In this document: piece after piece, positions 49,667 through 60,010 of the stretch
How the letters are laid out: each line of letters begins with the position of its first letter
Numbering within the stretch: the first letter of the stretch is position 1
Assembly: GCA_963662335.2 (NCBI GenBank)
Contig: CAXXVD010000001.1
Coordinates: 608,001-672,000 of the forward strand
From: Chloroflexota bacterium
Lineage (GTDB): Bacteria; Chloroflexota; UBA11872; VXOZ01
DNA: 64,000 nucleotides
Direction: 5' to 3'
The notes under the pieces: generated by a model
Seen by the model: only the letters and a program-made list of their open reading frames with translations
Database searches by the model: none
Told to the model about the DNA's origin: nothing
Made by a program: the position numbers and the translations under genes

Positions 49667-51208
49667 GTGATACGGAACGATACCGCCGGGAGTGAGGGCA
49701 TAGCCACCACACTTGCGCCCTTGGCTCCCGCCAGCGACCCCGCGTCCAACGCCAAGTTGGTGAAGCAGGGGCTTACGTTCGACGACGTTGTGCTCATCCC
49801 CGACTATTCCGCCGTGCTGCCCAAAGACGCCGACACCCGCGCCTGGCTGACCCCGTCCATTGCCCTCAATATCCCGCTCGTTTCCGCCGCCATGGATACC
49901 GTGACCGAAGCGCGGCTGGCGATTGCCCTGGCGCGGGAAGGCGGCATCGGCGTGATCCACCGCAACCTGGAAGTGGACGTGCAGGCCGCCGAGGTGGACA
50001 AGGTCAAGCGCTCGGAAGCCGGCATGATCGTCGACCCCATCACCCTGGGCCCCAACGCCACCGTGCGCCAGGCCGTGGACCTCATGGAACGCTACCACAT
50101 CTCCGGCGTGCCGATCACCGAGAACGGCAAGCTGGTGGGCATCCTCACCAACCGCGACATCCGCTTCGAGGAAAACCTCGACCAGCCCGTGCAGAACGTG
50201 ATGACCAAGGAGAACCTGGTCACCGTGCCCGTGGGCACCACGTTGGAAGAGGCCAAGGAAATCCTGCGCCGCCACCGCATCGAGAAAGTGCCGGTGGTGG
50301 ACGACGCTTTCATGCTCAAAGGGCTTATAACCGTTAAGGATATTGCGAAGAAGATACAGTTTCCGCTGGCGACCAAGGACGAAAAAGGCCGCCTGCGCGT
50401 GGGCGCGGCCGTGGGCACCAGCGTGGAGGGCATCACCCGCGCCCGGGAGGCGGTTGCGGCCGGCGTGGACGTGCTGGTGCTGGATAGCGCCCACGGCCAC
50501 TCGGCGGGCGTGATCGAGACGCTGCGCAAGTTCAAGACGCTCTTCGACGTGCCCGTGATTGCCGGCAACATCGCCACGGCCGCCGCGGCGGCAGACCTGA
50601 TCGCGGCCGGCGCAGACGCGCTGAAAGTCGGCGTGGGGCCGGCCTCCATCTGCACCACGCGGGTGGTGACCGGCACCGGCGTGCCCCAGATTACGGCCAT
50701 CAGCGACGTGGCCGGCGTGGCCAACCAGCACGGCATTCCCGTGATCGCCGACGGCGGCATCCAATACGCCGGCGACGTGGCCAAAGCCATTGCTGCCGGC
50801 GCGGACACGGTGATGATCGGCTCGCTCTTCGCCGGCGTGGAAGAAAGCCCCGGCGAGGTGGTGCTCTACCAGGGCGAACAGTTTAAAGAATACCGCGGCA
50901 TGGGCTCCCTGGGCGCGATGAAGGCCCGCACCGCCAGCCGCGACCGCTACTTCCAGGACTACATCGGCGAGGAATCGAAGCTGGTGCCGGAAGGCATCGA
51001 AGGCCGCGTGCAGTACAAGGGGCCGCTCTCGGCCATGGTGACCCAACTGGTCGGCGGCCTGCGCCAGGCCATGGGCTACTGCGGCGCGCCCTCTATCCAG
51101 GACATGAAAACCCACGCCCGCTTCGTCCGCATGTCCCCCGCCGGCCTCCGCGAAGCCCACCCCCACGACGTGGTGCTGACCAAGGAAGCGCCGAATTACT
51201 CGCGGTAA
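49667..51208 (+). CDS. guaB: IMP dehydrogenase
   Basis: [18 protein letters not shown] pair, [23 protein letters not shown]; GAGGAGG SD and TATAAT upstream. Confidence 0.97.
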   Translation: MIRNDTAGSEGIATTLAPLAPASDPASNAKLVKQGLTFDDVVLIPDYSAVLPKDADTRAWLTPSIALNIPLVSAAMDTVTEARLAIALAREGGIGVIHRNLEVDVQAAEVDKVKRSEAGMIVDPITLGPNATVRQAVDLMERYHISGVPITENGKLVGILTNRDIRFEENLDQPVQNVMTKENLVTVPVGTTLEEAKEILRRHRIEKVPVVDDAFMLKGLITVKDIAKKIQFPLATKDEKGRLRVGAAVGTSVEGITRAREAVAAGVDVLVLDSAHGHSAGVIETLRKFKTLFDVPVIAGNIATAAAAADLIAAGADALKVGVGPASICTTRVVTGTGVPQITAISDVAGVANQHGIPVIADGGIQYAGDVAKAIAAGADTVMIGSLFAGVEESPGEVVLYQGEQFKEYRGMGSLGAMKARTASRDRYFQDYIGEESKLVPEGIEGRVQYKGPLSAMVTQLVGGLRQAMGYCGAPSIQDMKTHARFVRMSPAGLREAHPHDVVLTKEAPNYSR

Positions 51209-51263
51209 CTGCTCAAATGGGTACGATTGAGGATGCCCCACCCTTACAACCGGAGAACTTCTG

Positions 51264-52565
51264 ATGCTGGATGCACAGGATGCCACCCTGGTTGCCGACA
51301 CGTCGCTCTATGGTTCCTTTCGTGACAGCCTTCGCGCGCCGGTGCATCGGTGGTTCACGTATCCGGCAGGATTCTCGCATCGATTAGTCGAGCGAAAAAT
51401 CCATACCGCCGATGTACAGGCTGGCGATGTTGTTGGCGACCCCTTCGCTGGCACTGGCACAACATTGCTGGCGGCAAAGCTATTGGGTATTCGCTCAATT
51501 GGAACTGAAGCACACCCTTTTGTGCGTTGGGTTGCGGACACAAAGCTTCACTTGGATTTCGACTTGTCCCGTGTCAAGTCCGATGCAGAAGCGATAATTC
51601 GTTCCGCTGAAAGAAAGGCGCCGCAAACCGAATACTTGGGTCTGTGGCCGGACCTGATCTACAAGTGCTTCACCGCCAGCAACCTACAGCAGCTTGCCGC
51701 GTTGCGTGGGTCTATCCTTGATCTCGACTCGCAGCAGCCGGAAACACAGTTGCTAAAGTTAGCTTTGACTTCCACATTGCGGGTTGTTACGACTGCCGGA
51801 GCCGGCTGGCCGTACATTGCCCCAAGCAAGTATCAGGCGCGCACGGTGCATCGGGATGCCTGTCACGAGTTTCGCCGCTTTCTTGAATTGATGATTAGTG
51901 ACATTGAGACGACACGGTTTGTGGGACAGGATGCCCCGCACGTTTTGGTTCAGGGCGATGCCCGGCGCTTTGACGAATACTTTGAAAATGAGTCCGCGAC
52001 GCTGTTGGTTACTTCACCGCCATACATGAATAATTACGACTATGCCGATCGCACGCGGCTCGAGACATACTTCTGGGGTCTCTACTCTAGCTGGGGTGAA
52101 ATCACGACCCAAGTCCGCGATCACCTCATTATGGCGGCGACCACGCAAGTACGGATGCAGTCCATGAATGGTATTCGCGCGTGTCCGGGTATACGCCAGG
52201 CGGCGCCGGGCGTCTATGACCGCCTACAAGATATCATTGCGAGGCTAGGGGAGAAGCGCCGAATCAAGCGCGGCAAGAAGACCTATGATTTGGTCACCGC
52301 CGGTTATTTCGAGGACATGCTTCTCACACTTCAAGCCTGCTACAAGGTCTTGAAGTCGGGCGGTCAAATGGTCTTGGTGTTAGGCGATTCGGCGCCCTAT
52401 GGGGTCCATATTCCGACTGACGAGCTTATTGGGCAATTGGGCGAGAGTATAGGTTTTTCCGGGTACGAACTAGAGGTGTTGCGGCAACGCGGTGGAAAGT
52501 GGGGCCACAATTCCCAACGCCATAAGGTGCCGCTACGCGAGAGCATCGTGACACTGACAAAGTAA
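51264..52565 (+). CDS. Amino-DNA methyltransferase (probably N4-cytosine)
   Basis: HRWFTYPAGFS, motif I DPFAGTGTT before motif IV TSPPY; lower GC. Confidence 0.88.
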   Translation: MLDAQDATLVADTSLYGSFRDSLRAPVHRWFTYPAGFSHRLVERKIHTADVQAGDVVGDPFAGTGTTLLAAKLLGIRSIGTEAHPFVRWVADTKLHLDFDLSRVKSDAEAIIRSAERKAPQTEYLGLWPDLIYKCFTASNLQQLAALRGSILDLDSQQPETQLLKLALTSTLRVVTTAGAGWPYIAPSKYQARTVHRDACHEFRRFLELMISDIETTRFVGQDAPHVLVQGDARRFDEYFENESATLLVTSPPYMNNYDYADRTRLETYFWGLYSSWGEITTQVRDHLIMAATTQVRMQSMNGIRACPGIRQAAPGVYDRLQDIIARLGEKRRIKRGKKTYDLVTAGYFEDMLLTLQACYKVLKSGGQMVLVLGDSAPYGVHIPTDELIGQLGESIGFSGYELEVLRQRGGKWGHNSQRHKVPLRESIVTLTK

Positions 52566-52575
52566 GGGTTAATCA

Positions 52576-53313
52576 ATGGCCAACGATGCCAGTGCACTGG
52601 GAGAGGCTATTGGAAAGCAGTTTGAGACAGCGATAGTAGATGGCTTGAAGCCGACCGTAGCCAGGCATGGCTGTACGATAAAGCCCGCCCGTCTAAGAAA
52701 CGGTACCGGCAACGTTTACCAAATTGACGCTGTCATATTCGATGCTGATGAACGTCCCCTGGCACTCATTGACCCGAAGTACATCCGCTACACGAAGCAC
52801 AACCGGGATAAAGGGAGTTGGCTTTGTGTGGCTCATTACAATCTGCGGAAAACACACCTCAGTCTCCGGAAATCCATAGCGATTCTCGCCGGTCGGTGGT
52901 CCAAACCGTCAATTGCGCTGATCCGTAGTTTTGGCGTCGAGGTCTTCCAATTGCACTTTGACACTATGGTGGAAGTCCTTCGTGACTATGGTGTGGACTT
53001 TGAGTGGCGTGAAGGGGATCGCGAGACGCCACGGCTAGCCCTGGAGCGGTATCGGCAACTGAGCGAGAAAGAGCGTAGCGCACTTGGTAAACAGTTGGCA
53101 GGATCGGTTCTGCCGGATGTCTCTGAGGCTGTTGACACCGTCTTGGGATTGGATGTGGATTCGATTCCGCAGCGCGTGACCGAGGTAGAGGTGTTGCTCA
53201 AGACAAACCTCAATGAGATGAAGCTGATTAGCCGGCCAACAATTGCCGAAGCGATTGGCGAACTGGCTAGTCTGGTTCAGGATCGGACGAATATACTCGG
53301 TTCGACGGACTGA
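52576..53313 (+). CDS. Putative type II restriction endonuclease (PD-(D/E)xK-like)
   Basis: 10 nt after the methyltransferase, same low GC; E (KQFE), D (QIDAVI), DPK pattern. Confidence 0.65.
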   Translation: MANDASALGEAIGKQFETAIVDGLKPTVARHGCTIKPARLRNGTGNVYQIDAVIFDADERPLALIDPKYIRYTKHNRDKGSWLCVAHYNLRKTHLSLRKSIAILAGRWSKPSIALIRSFGVEVFQLHFDTMVEVLRDYGVDFEWREGDRETPRLALERYRQLSEKERSALGKQLAGSVLPDVSEAVDTVLGLDVDSIPQRVTEVEVLLKTNLNEMKLISRPTIAEAIGELASLVQDRTNILGSTD

Positions 53314-53432
53314 TGGCCAGAGCAAATAAGCGATAGTACAAGCATGGCTAGCAGAACCAAGCCCAGTTAGTCTTCCCCACTTCGGTACACAAATGGACAA
53401 TCCCCCTTCCAGATTGATGGTGGAGTCTTACC

Positions 53433-54782
53433 ATGCCGAGCACGAATCCTGTTAATCCGCCTTTGTGGTACGTCCCCCGCATTTCTGCCATAAGCCCCAC
53501 GGGCCCGGAGGTTGCGCTCGCGGTTGGCGAGGCGGTTGAACTGAGTGTAGAGATTGAACCCTGGCAGACGGTGCCGGCGGCGCAGGCGTGGCGGCGGCGG
53601 GCGGAGCCGGCGCTTTCCACTACGAACACCGTGCAGGACTGGTGCCGGGTGATGCTCTACATGCCGCGCGTCATCCGCGCCGACGGCATGTACAAGATGT
53701 GGTACGTGGGCACGTCCGGCCCGCCGCGTCCCGCCAGTTGCCACCTGGGCTACGCCACCTCCACCGACGGCATTCACTGGCAGGAATACCCCGGCAATCC
53801 CATCGTCACCGACGAGGCGCTGCGCGACGCCGGCGGCTGGGGCTGGTGCTTTCAAAGCCCGTTCGTGCTCTACGACCTGCAGCGGCGCGTCTACCGCATG
53901 TGGTTCTCCGCGCTCACCCACTGGGAGCAGACCGATGACGGCGAGTTGGTGGAGATGACGCAGCAGGTGGGCTACGCCGAGAGCCCGGACGGCATCGCGT
54001 GGGACATTCACCCGGCGCCGGTCACCCGCAGCGGGCGCTGCGCCTCCGTCATCCAGGAGGCGGACGGCAGCTTCAGCATGTGGGCGAACGCCCGGCCGGC
54101 CGGTGACCCGGACCCCAGTTCGATTTACGGCCACGTGATGCTCTTGCGTTCCGCCGACGGCATTCACTGGGAAGAAATCGCCGACGTGCTCCAACCGGCC
54201 GGCATCTACAAGTCGTGCGTCTATCCTCATGTCCTGCGCGACGGGCCGGGCCTCGTCATGTGGCACGGCGGCCACCGCGCTTCGCTGCGGGACGACGTGC
54301 GCTTCACCCGCGCCCAATTGGACGACGCCTACGGCGATTGGTTCGACCTCACTTTTGCCCGCTCGCATGACGGCCTGGCGTGGACCGACCGGCCCGGCCT
54401 GCCGGTCTTTCCGCCAAACCCGGACAAGGACGCTTTCGACGCCCGCTACACCTCCACGCCCCACGTGCTCAAAGAGCCGGGCCGCTACACGCTCTACTAC
54501 TCGGCCCGCGACATGCAGGAAGGCTGGCTGCAAGCCGACGGCACGCCCGGTCCCGGCCGCGGCTTCGCGTACCGCCATATCGGCTACGCCACGCTGGACG
54601 CTGCGGAGCACGAAGACCCGACGCTGCGTTACGAGTGGTCGGTTGACGGGGAGACGCTGCCAGAACGCGGCGGCGCGCTGCGCTTTGCTACCCAAGAGCC
54701 TGGCGCGCGCCACGTTACCTGCCGGGTCGCCAATGCCAACGGCGCGATCGCCTACACCTGGAAAATCGTCGTGGGTGTATAG
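53433..54782 (+). CDS. Five-bladed beta-propeller glycosidase-like protein with a split Ig-like domain
   Basis: Repeated Y(K/R)MW(Y/F) and GYA.S.DGI.W blades typical of GH32/43/130-like propellers; Ig-like strands at both termini. Confidence 0.75.
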   Translation: MPSTNPVNPPLWYVPRISAISPTGPEVALAVGEAVELSVEIEPWQTVPAAQAWRRRAEPALSTTNTVQDWCRVMLYMPRVIRADGMYKMWYVGTSGPPRPASCHLGYATSTDGIHWQEYPGNPIVTDEALRDAGGWGWCFQSPFVLYDLQRRVYRMWFSALTHWEQTDDGELVEMTQQVGYAESPDGIAWDIHPAPVTRSGRCASVIQEADGSFSMWANARPAGDPDPSSIYGHVMLLRSADGIHWEEIADVLQPAGIYKSCVYPHVLRDGPGLVMWHGGHRASLRDDVRFTRAQLDDAYGDWFDLTFARSHDGLAWTDRPGLPVFPPNPDKDAFDARYTSTPHVLKEPGRYTLYYSARDMQEGWLQADGTPGPGRGFAYRHIGYATLDAAEHEDPTLRYEWSVDGETLPERGGALRFATQEPGARHVTCRVANANGAIAYTWKIVVGV

Positions 54783-54912
54783 CCGGCTGCGAAACACTGT
54801 CGAGTTCGCGCGGGAGCCGCAATCCGCCACGGCCTACGCCTCGGTAGGGGCACGACATGTCGTGCCCCTACCGACGACGCAGGCCCCTCATCGATGGGTG
54901 CAAGGAAGGCGG

Positions 54913-55422
54913 TTATTGGCGGCGCGTGTCTTCCAGTTCAGACTGGATTTCCTGTATATCCGCCGGCCAGGTGCTCTTGATGTAGGCGAGGACGGCCCAG
55001 ATTTCCGCGTCGCTCATGGTTTCGCCAAAGCCGGGCATGTTGCTCATGTAGTCGTCGCCGACCACGGCGGTGGAGCCGTACTTGGTCACGTCGAAGAGCA
55101 GGGCGTCGGTATGGTGCCAGGTGTGGCCGGTGGCGTCGTGGGGCGGGGCGGGCAACATGCCGTCTTCATCGCGTTCGCGCCAGTTGGGCTGCCCTTCCAG
55201 GTTCACGCCGTGGCAACTGGCGCAGTGGAGTTGGTAGAGGGCTTCGCCGCGCCGCACCTGTTGCGCGTCGGTGGCGTCCGCCTGCCCGGACGCGCCATCG
55301 CTGCCGCCGCGCAGCCACAAGGCCGCCAGCACAACCGCCGCCGCCAGCGCGGCGGCCGCAAAGAGCGCCAGCCAGCGGTTCGGTATCGTGCCGGGCCGGT
55401 TTGACTTCTTGTTTCTGCTCAC
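54913..55422 (-). CDS. Monoheme cytochrome c
   Basis: TM anchor, CASCHG, APPHD.TGHTWHH.D, MPGF...SDAEIWAVLAYIKS.W. Confidence 0.92.
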   Translation of the reverse strand: MSRNKKSNRPGTIPNRWLALFAAAALAAAVVLAALWLRGGSDGASGQADATDAQQVRRGEALYQLHCASCHGVNLEGQPNWRERDEDGMLPAPPHDATGHTWHHTDALLFDVTKYGSTAVVGDDYMSNMPGFGETMSDAEIWAVLAYIKSTWPADIQEIQSELEDTRRQ

Positions 55423-55646
55423 CGCATTGCTCCACAATCGGTAGGCGTTGGATCCGGCAGCCGTTTTGCCAACGGCCGCACACGGCGCGCCGCGCGTGCC
55501 CCTGGACATTGTACTATGCCACTGGTAGAGCCATTGTCGAGAATAGGCGTGCTCTCCGACCGCGTGCGCACCGGGCGGGCAATGGCGTACTATACAGACA
55601 GCACGCACCATGCGGCGGTAGCGTCGAACGGAGAAAGCGAGCAACC

Positions 55647-56810
55647 ATGGCGAACACGAACGAACCGGTGGGCGTAGCCGTCATTGGCTGCGGCAGCATT
55701 TCCCATCCTCATTTTGACGGTTGGCAACGGCTTGAAAAGGCCGGCGAGGCCCGCCTGGAAGTGGCCTGCGACAGCCTCTTGGAACGCGCCGAGGGCCGGG
55801 TGCAGCAGTACGGCGCGCGGGCCGCGGCCACGGACTTTGCGGAAGTGGTGCGGCGCCCAGAGGTGCAGGCCGTGGACATCTGCCTGCCGCACCACCTGCA
55901 TCTGCCCGCGATTCTGGCGGCGGCTGAGGCCGGCGTGCACGTGCTCTGCGAGAAGCCGCTCGTGCTCGACATGGACGAGGCGGTGACCGCAATCCGCGCC
56001 TGCCGCGACGCCGGCGTCAAGCTCATGACCGCCGACCGCGACCGCTTCGAGCCGCCGGCCCGCGCGGTCAAGCGCATCCTGAACGCCGGGCTTGTCGGCG
56101 ACGTCTACCACGTGCTCGAGCGCCACATGCTGCACAAAGACGTGATCACGCAGGGGTCCCACGCCAACATGGGTTGGAAACTGGGCAAGGCCACGGCCGG
56201 CGGCGGCGCGCTGCACCGCGACGGCTGCTACTACATCGATACGCTCCTCTTTTGGGAAGGCAGCGGCGTCAAGCACGTCGCGGGCGCGGAGTTCGACAAC
56301 TTTCTCTGGGAAACGGCGGAGATCGAGACCACCTCGCACGTGCTCTTCCGCTTCAACAGCGGCGCGATCGGCGTCTTCGAGATGGTGTGGTGTTTGCAGG
56401 GGCCGCAGCACCGCGAAATCTTCGTGACCGGCAGCGAGGGCTACGTGAAGCTGGAAGGGGGCATCGGGCACGGCTCCGACGCCACGATAACGCTCTACAG
56501 CAACAAGCGGCCGTGGCTGGCATTCGACGATGCGCAGGTGGCGCAGGCGTTTGCCGATTGCACGTTCGAGCAGCCAAGCCGGAACAACCCGGAAATGGCC
56601 AACGAAAAGCTCGTGCTGCACGTGCCGTACGCGGGCGGCTTCACCGCCCAGGAGAAGGAACTCCTGGCCGCCATCCGGGAAGACCGCGAGCCGGAGTCCA
56701 GCGGCATCGACGGCGCGCGGTCGCTGGAGGTGGTGGAAGGCGCCTATATTGCCGCGCAAGAGGGACGGCGGATTGACTTTCCGCTGCGGGATTGGGAGTC
56801 TTTGCGCTAA
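55647..56810 (+). CDS. Gfo/Idh/MocA family oxidoreductase
   Basis: AVIGCGSIS, HVLCEKP, AGGGAL. Confidence 0.9.
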   Translation: MANTNEPVGVAVIGCGSISHPHFDGWQRLEKAGEARLEVACDSLLERAEGRVQQYGARAAATDFAEVVRRPEVQAVDICLPHHLHLPAILAAAEAGVHVLCEKPLVLDMDEAVTAIRACRDAGVKLMTADRDRFEPPARAVKRILNAGLVGDVYHVLERHMLHKDVITQGSHANMGWKLGKATAGGGALHRDGCYYIDTLLFWEGSGVKHVAGAEFDNFLWETAEIETTSHVLFRFNSGAIGVFEMVWCLQGPQHREIFVTGSEGYVKLEGGIGHGSDATITLYSNKRPWLAFDDAQVAQAFADCTFEQPSRNNPEMANEKLVLHVPYAGGFTAQEKELLAAIREDREPESSGIDGARSLEVVEGAYIAAQEGRRIDFPLRDWESLR

Positions 56811-56854
56811 CCTACGGCGCGCTAGTTTGATTGAAGTGTGAAAGGGAGCACGAA

Positions 56855-57862
56855 ATGCGCTATCGTCCGCTGGGGAACACGGGACACGACGTATCGGAAG
56901 TCGGGCTAGGCACGTATCCGTTGGGCGGCGCGCTCATTACGAGCGGCAGCTATTGGACGGGCCCGGCCACGTACGGCGCCGTTTCGCTCGAGACGGCGGT
57001 GGCGACCATCCATCACGGGCTGTCGCTGGGGCTCAACTTCATCGACACCGCGCCGGTCTACTCGGAAGCTGAAGTCTACATCGCCGAGGCGCTGCGCCGG
57101 CGGCCGCCGGCCCTCCAAGGAATGGAGGTGTTCGTAGAAACGAAAGGCGGCGAGCACGTGCGGCCGGTGGCAGATGGCGGGCCGCCGGTGCTGGCGCGTG
57201 ACTTTAGCCGCGCCGCCTTGCGCGCTAGCGTGCTGCGCAGCAAGGAGCGCCTGCAAACGGACCTTATCGAAGGCGTGCTGCTGCACAGTCCGGTCACGGA
57301 AGAATTGGCGGAAGACCCGCTGGGCCTGCTCGTCGAGATGCGCGCGGAGCGGCACGTCGGGCACATTGGCGTTTCCGCCAGCGACACAACGGAAGCCATC
57401 CGCCTCATCGAGGAAGACGGCCGCGCGGAGATCATACAAATCGGCTTCAGCCTGCTGGAACCCGAACCGGCCGAGCGGCTCTTGCCTCTGGCTGAAGAGC
57501 GCGGCGTCGGCATCGTGATCCGTTCGCCCCTGGCATCCGGCTTCCTTTCGGGCACGCTCACGGCGGACCATGAGTTTGGGCCGGACGACCACCGCAGCCT
57601 CATGCCGCGGGAACGGCTCGCCGCGCGGCTGCGAGAGGCGGAGTCCTTCATGTGGCTGGTGGACGAGGGCGTGGCGGAGAGCCTCAGCGAGGCCGCCCTG
57701 CGTTACATCCTCAGCTTTTCCGGGGTATCGTCGGTGATTCCCGGCGCCATGAACCCGGCTGAAATCGAGCAGAACGCGGCGATTTCCGACCTCGGCCCCC
57801 TGCCGGAAGCGGCGCTGGCGCGCGTGGCGGAGACGCAGCGGGCGTTGGGATTGCTGGCCTAG
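56855..57862 (+). CDS. Aldo/keto reductase
   Basis: YRPLGNTG..VSEVGLG, FIDTAPVY, TKGG, LHSP, IGVS, RSPLASGFL. Confidence 0.92.
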   Translation: MRYRPLGNTGHDVSEVGLGTYPLGGALITSGSYWTGPATYGAVSLETAVATIHHGLSLGLNFIDTAPVYSEAEVYIAEALRRRPPALQGMEVFVETKGGEHVRPVADGGPPVLARDFSRAALRASVLRSKERLQTDLIEGVLLHSPVTEELAEDPLGLLVEMRAERHVGHIGVSASDTTEAIRLIEEDGRAEIIQIGFSLLEPEPAERLLPLAEERGVGIVIRSPLASGFLSGTLTADHEFGPDDHRSLMPRERLAARLREAESFMWLVDEGVAESLSEAALRYILSFSGVSSVIPGAMNPAEIEQNAAISDLGPLPEAALARVAETQRALGLLA

Positions 57863-57935
57863 GGGGCGGAGCCGCCGTCTTGCCTCGCACGCTTGGGGCT
57901 CCGCCTGTGGTGGCGCTTTACACATGGGCAAAAGA

Positions 57936-58047
57936 GCGGGGGACAAGCCCCCGCGCTACGAATCGTCATGCCGGCAACAATTCGTCATGCCGGCAACAAT
58001 TCGTCATGCCGGCTGCGAATCGTCATTCCGGCGAAAGCCGGAATCCA
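57936..58047. repeat. REP hairpin plus 19-bp tandem repeat (TCGTCATGCCGGCAACAAT) running into a family-2 half element
   Basis: Units at 57963, 57982, 58001 and 58020. Confidence 0.8.
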
Positions 58048-58172
58048 TCTTGCCTTGGCAAAGGGCGTGTCCCGCTAGCAAAAGCGCCCTGCGCCGCAAT
58101 ACTCTTTGGCGCACCCGTCTTGCACACAGCCCACTCTGCCCACAACTATCAGGTTTGACTTCCACACGTGTA

Positions 58173-58201
58173 TTGCATCTAGGCAGCGTTCCCGCCATAA
58201 T
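58173..58201 (+). promoter_or_regulatory. Sigma70-type promoter
   Basis: TTGCAT-N17-CATAAT upstream of the solute-binding protein gene. Confidence 0.6.
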
Positions 58202-58372
58202 GCAGAGAACGGATTGCCCTCAGTTCATCGAGGTGAACGAAAGGAGGGTGACAACCAGGTAGACAACTCATGTGGGGGATCCGGCTGAGATTCCTTTGCT
58301 AATCGTTTGTGCACGAACAGTGCTCTTGGAGCAGCAAGGCTTGTCGTCATGGCAAGTTGGGAGGTTAAGCAC

Positions 58373-59761
58373 ATGAAGACCGGTGACGGTGAAACTCGTT
58401 TGACGCGACGCTCCGTGCTGTGGTTGGGCGGCGGCGCGCTCGGCGCAATCGCGCTGGCGGCCTGCGGCCAGGCGGCCATGCCCGCGGCGACGGACGAAGC
58501 GCCCGCGGCCGAAGAGCAAGAAGCGGAAGCCAAAGAGCCGGCGCCACAGGCGGAGCCCGTTGCCCTGGATTGGGCGCTCTGGGGCGACTCCACCTGGGTG
58601 GAAGCGGCCCAGGCCGGCGCCGATGCGTACACGGCGGACAACCCCAACGTCACGCTGAACGTCCTCGGCGTCAAGGACAGTCCGTCAGTCTACATTACGT
58701 CCTGGGTAGCCGGGTCCGGACCCGATATTGCGATGACGTGGGGCGTGAATCTCGTCCAGGCGGGACGGGACGGGCTGCTGCTCGACATGGATCCCTTCAT
58801 CAAGCGCGACAGCTTCCCCATGGACGACTACATTCCCTTCCAGCTTGGCGCAATGCGCTGGCCAGAGACGGGTCAGTACGGTCTGCCCATGTACATCAAC
58901 GTGTACGTGCTCTGGTACAACCGGCAGGTTTTCGATAAGAAGGGCATATCCTTCCCTGATGACAACTGGGGCTGGGACGAATACCAGGATGCGCTGCTCA
59001 GGCTTACCGACCGCCCCAACACCGTCTTTGGCGGCGTGGACGCGGGCTGGGGCCGCGGCATTTGGAAGATCGTGCAAAACGGCGGCACCGTCGTCGATCC
59101 GGAGAACGACCGCCACGCCACCTTCGATAGTCCGCAGGCCATCGAGGCCATGGAGTGGGTCCACGCCCGCTACCATCAGGACCGGAGCATTGTGCACGGT
59201 GAGGAGTGGGCGGCGCTGGACCGCGCCAAGGTGCAGGCCCTCATGCAGGGCACGCTGGCAACCTGGGAAGAAGGTTCGTGGGGGCCGGGGCAGTACTCGA
59301 TTGACTACCCCGATAACGTCGCGGACTGGGACGTGGTGCCGCTGCCGCAGGGCCCGGCGGCCCGCGCTACCCAAGGCTCCATCGACGCCTGGGTGGTCTG
59401 GGCCGGCACGAAAGACCCGGATACGGCGTGGGACTTCATGAAGTTCCTGCAGACCGATACGTATCTCGACCTGCAGTGCCAGATTGCCAGCATTCAGCAT
59501 CCGCGCGCCTCGCTGCAAGACCGCTACATCAGCATCATGAAAGAGAACTTCCCGGCGCTGGCGGATAAGAATCTGGACGCGTTCGCGCATCCGGTGCGGG
59601 GCAAGTACGCCTGGCCCAACGGCGGCCTCTTCCGCAAGGACGCCGAGGTCTTTGGGCTGCTGGCGGAGGCCTGGCAGACGTCGATCGTGGAGGACAAGAT
59701 CACGGTGGCGGAGGCGTTCACCGACGCCGCCGCGCGCGCCAACGCCCTGATGGCGGAGTGA
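58373..59761 (+). CDS. Carbohydrate-type ABC solute-binding Tat lipoprotein
   Basis: GGAGGT SD; TRRSVL, LAACG, AGSGPD, WYNRQVFDK.G...PDD.W.WDE. Confidence 0.9.
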   Translation: MKTGDGETRLTRRSVLWLGGGALGAIALAACGQAAMPAATDEAPAAEEQEAEAKEPAPQAEPVALDWALWGDSTWVEAAQAGADAYTADNPNVTLNVLGVKDSPSVYITSWVAGSGPDIAMTWGVNLVQAGRDGLLLDMDPFIKRDSFPMDDYIPFQLGAMRWPETGQYGLPMYINVYVLWYNRQVFDKKGISFPDDNWGWDEYQDALLRLTDRPNTVFGGVDAGWGRGIWKIVQNGGTVVDPENDRHATFDSPQAIEAMEWVHARYHQDRSIVHGEEWAALDRAKVQALMQGTLATWEEGSWGPGQYSIDYPDNVADWDVVPLPQGPAARATQGSIDAWVVWAGTKDPDTAWDFMKFLQTDTYLDLQCQIASIQHPRASLQDRYISIMKENFPALADKNLDAFAHPVRGKYAWPNGGLFRKDAEVFGLLAEAWQTSIVEDKITVAEAFTDAAARANALMAE

Positions 59762-59797
59762 TAGCAGCCCGCCGGCGGCAAAGACACGTCGCGGGTG

Positions 59798-59971
59798 GTA
59801 GGGGCACGACGTGTCGTGCCCCTACGCCAAGAAGTTGCTCCGGCATTGAGGTAGCGCGGGGGCTTGTCCCCCGCCGCTCTCGCATGAGGCCGGCAGGGGC
59901 ACAACGCGGTCTCCCCCGGTGGGGGCGCGACAATTGACCTGCGGTGGGGGCACGACATGTCGTGCCCCTAC
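59798..59971. repeat. Cluster of GTAG-headed REP hairpins
   Basis: GTAGGGGCACGAC..GTCGTGCCCCTAC twice and GTAGCGCGGGGGCTTGTCCCCCGC; also at 39270 and 54845. Confidence 0.8.
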
Positions 59972-60010
59972 CGGACGCGCGTAGCCGCATCGCACGATAG
60001 GTAGAATCGT

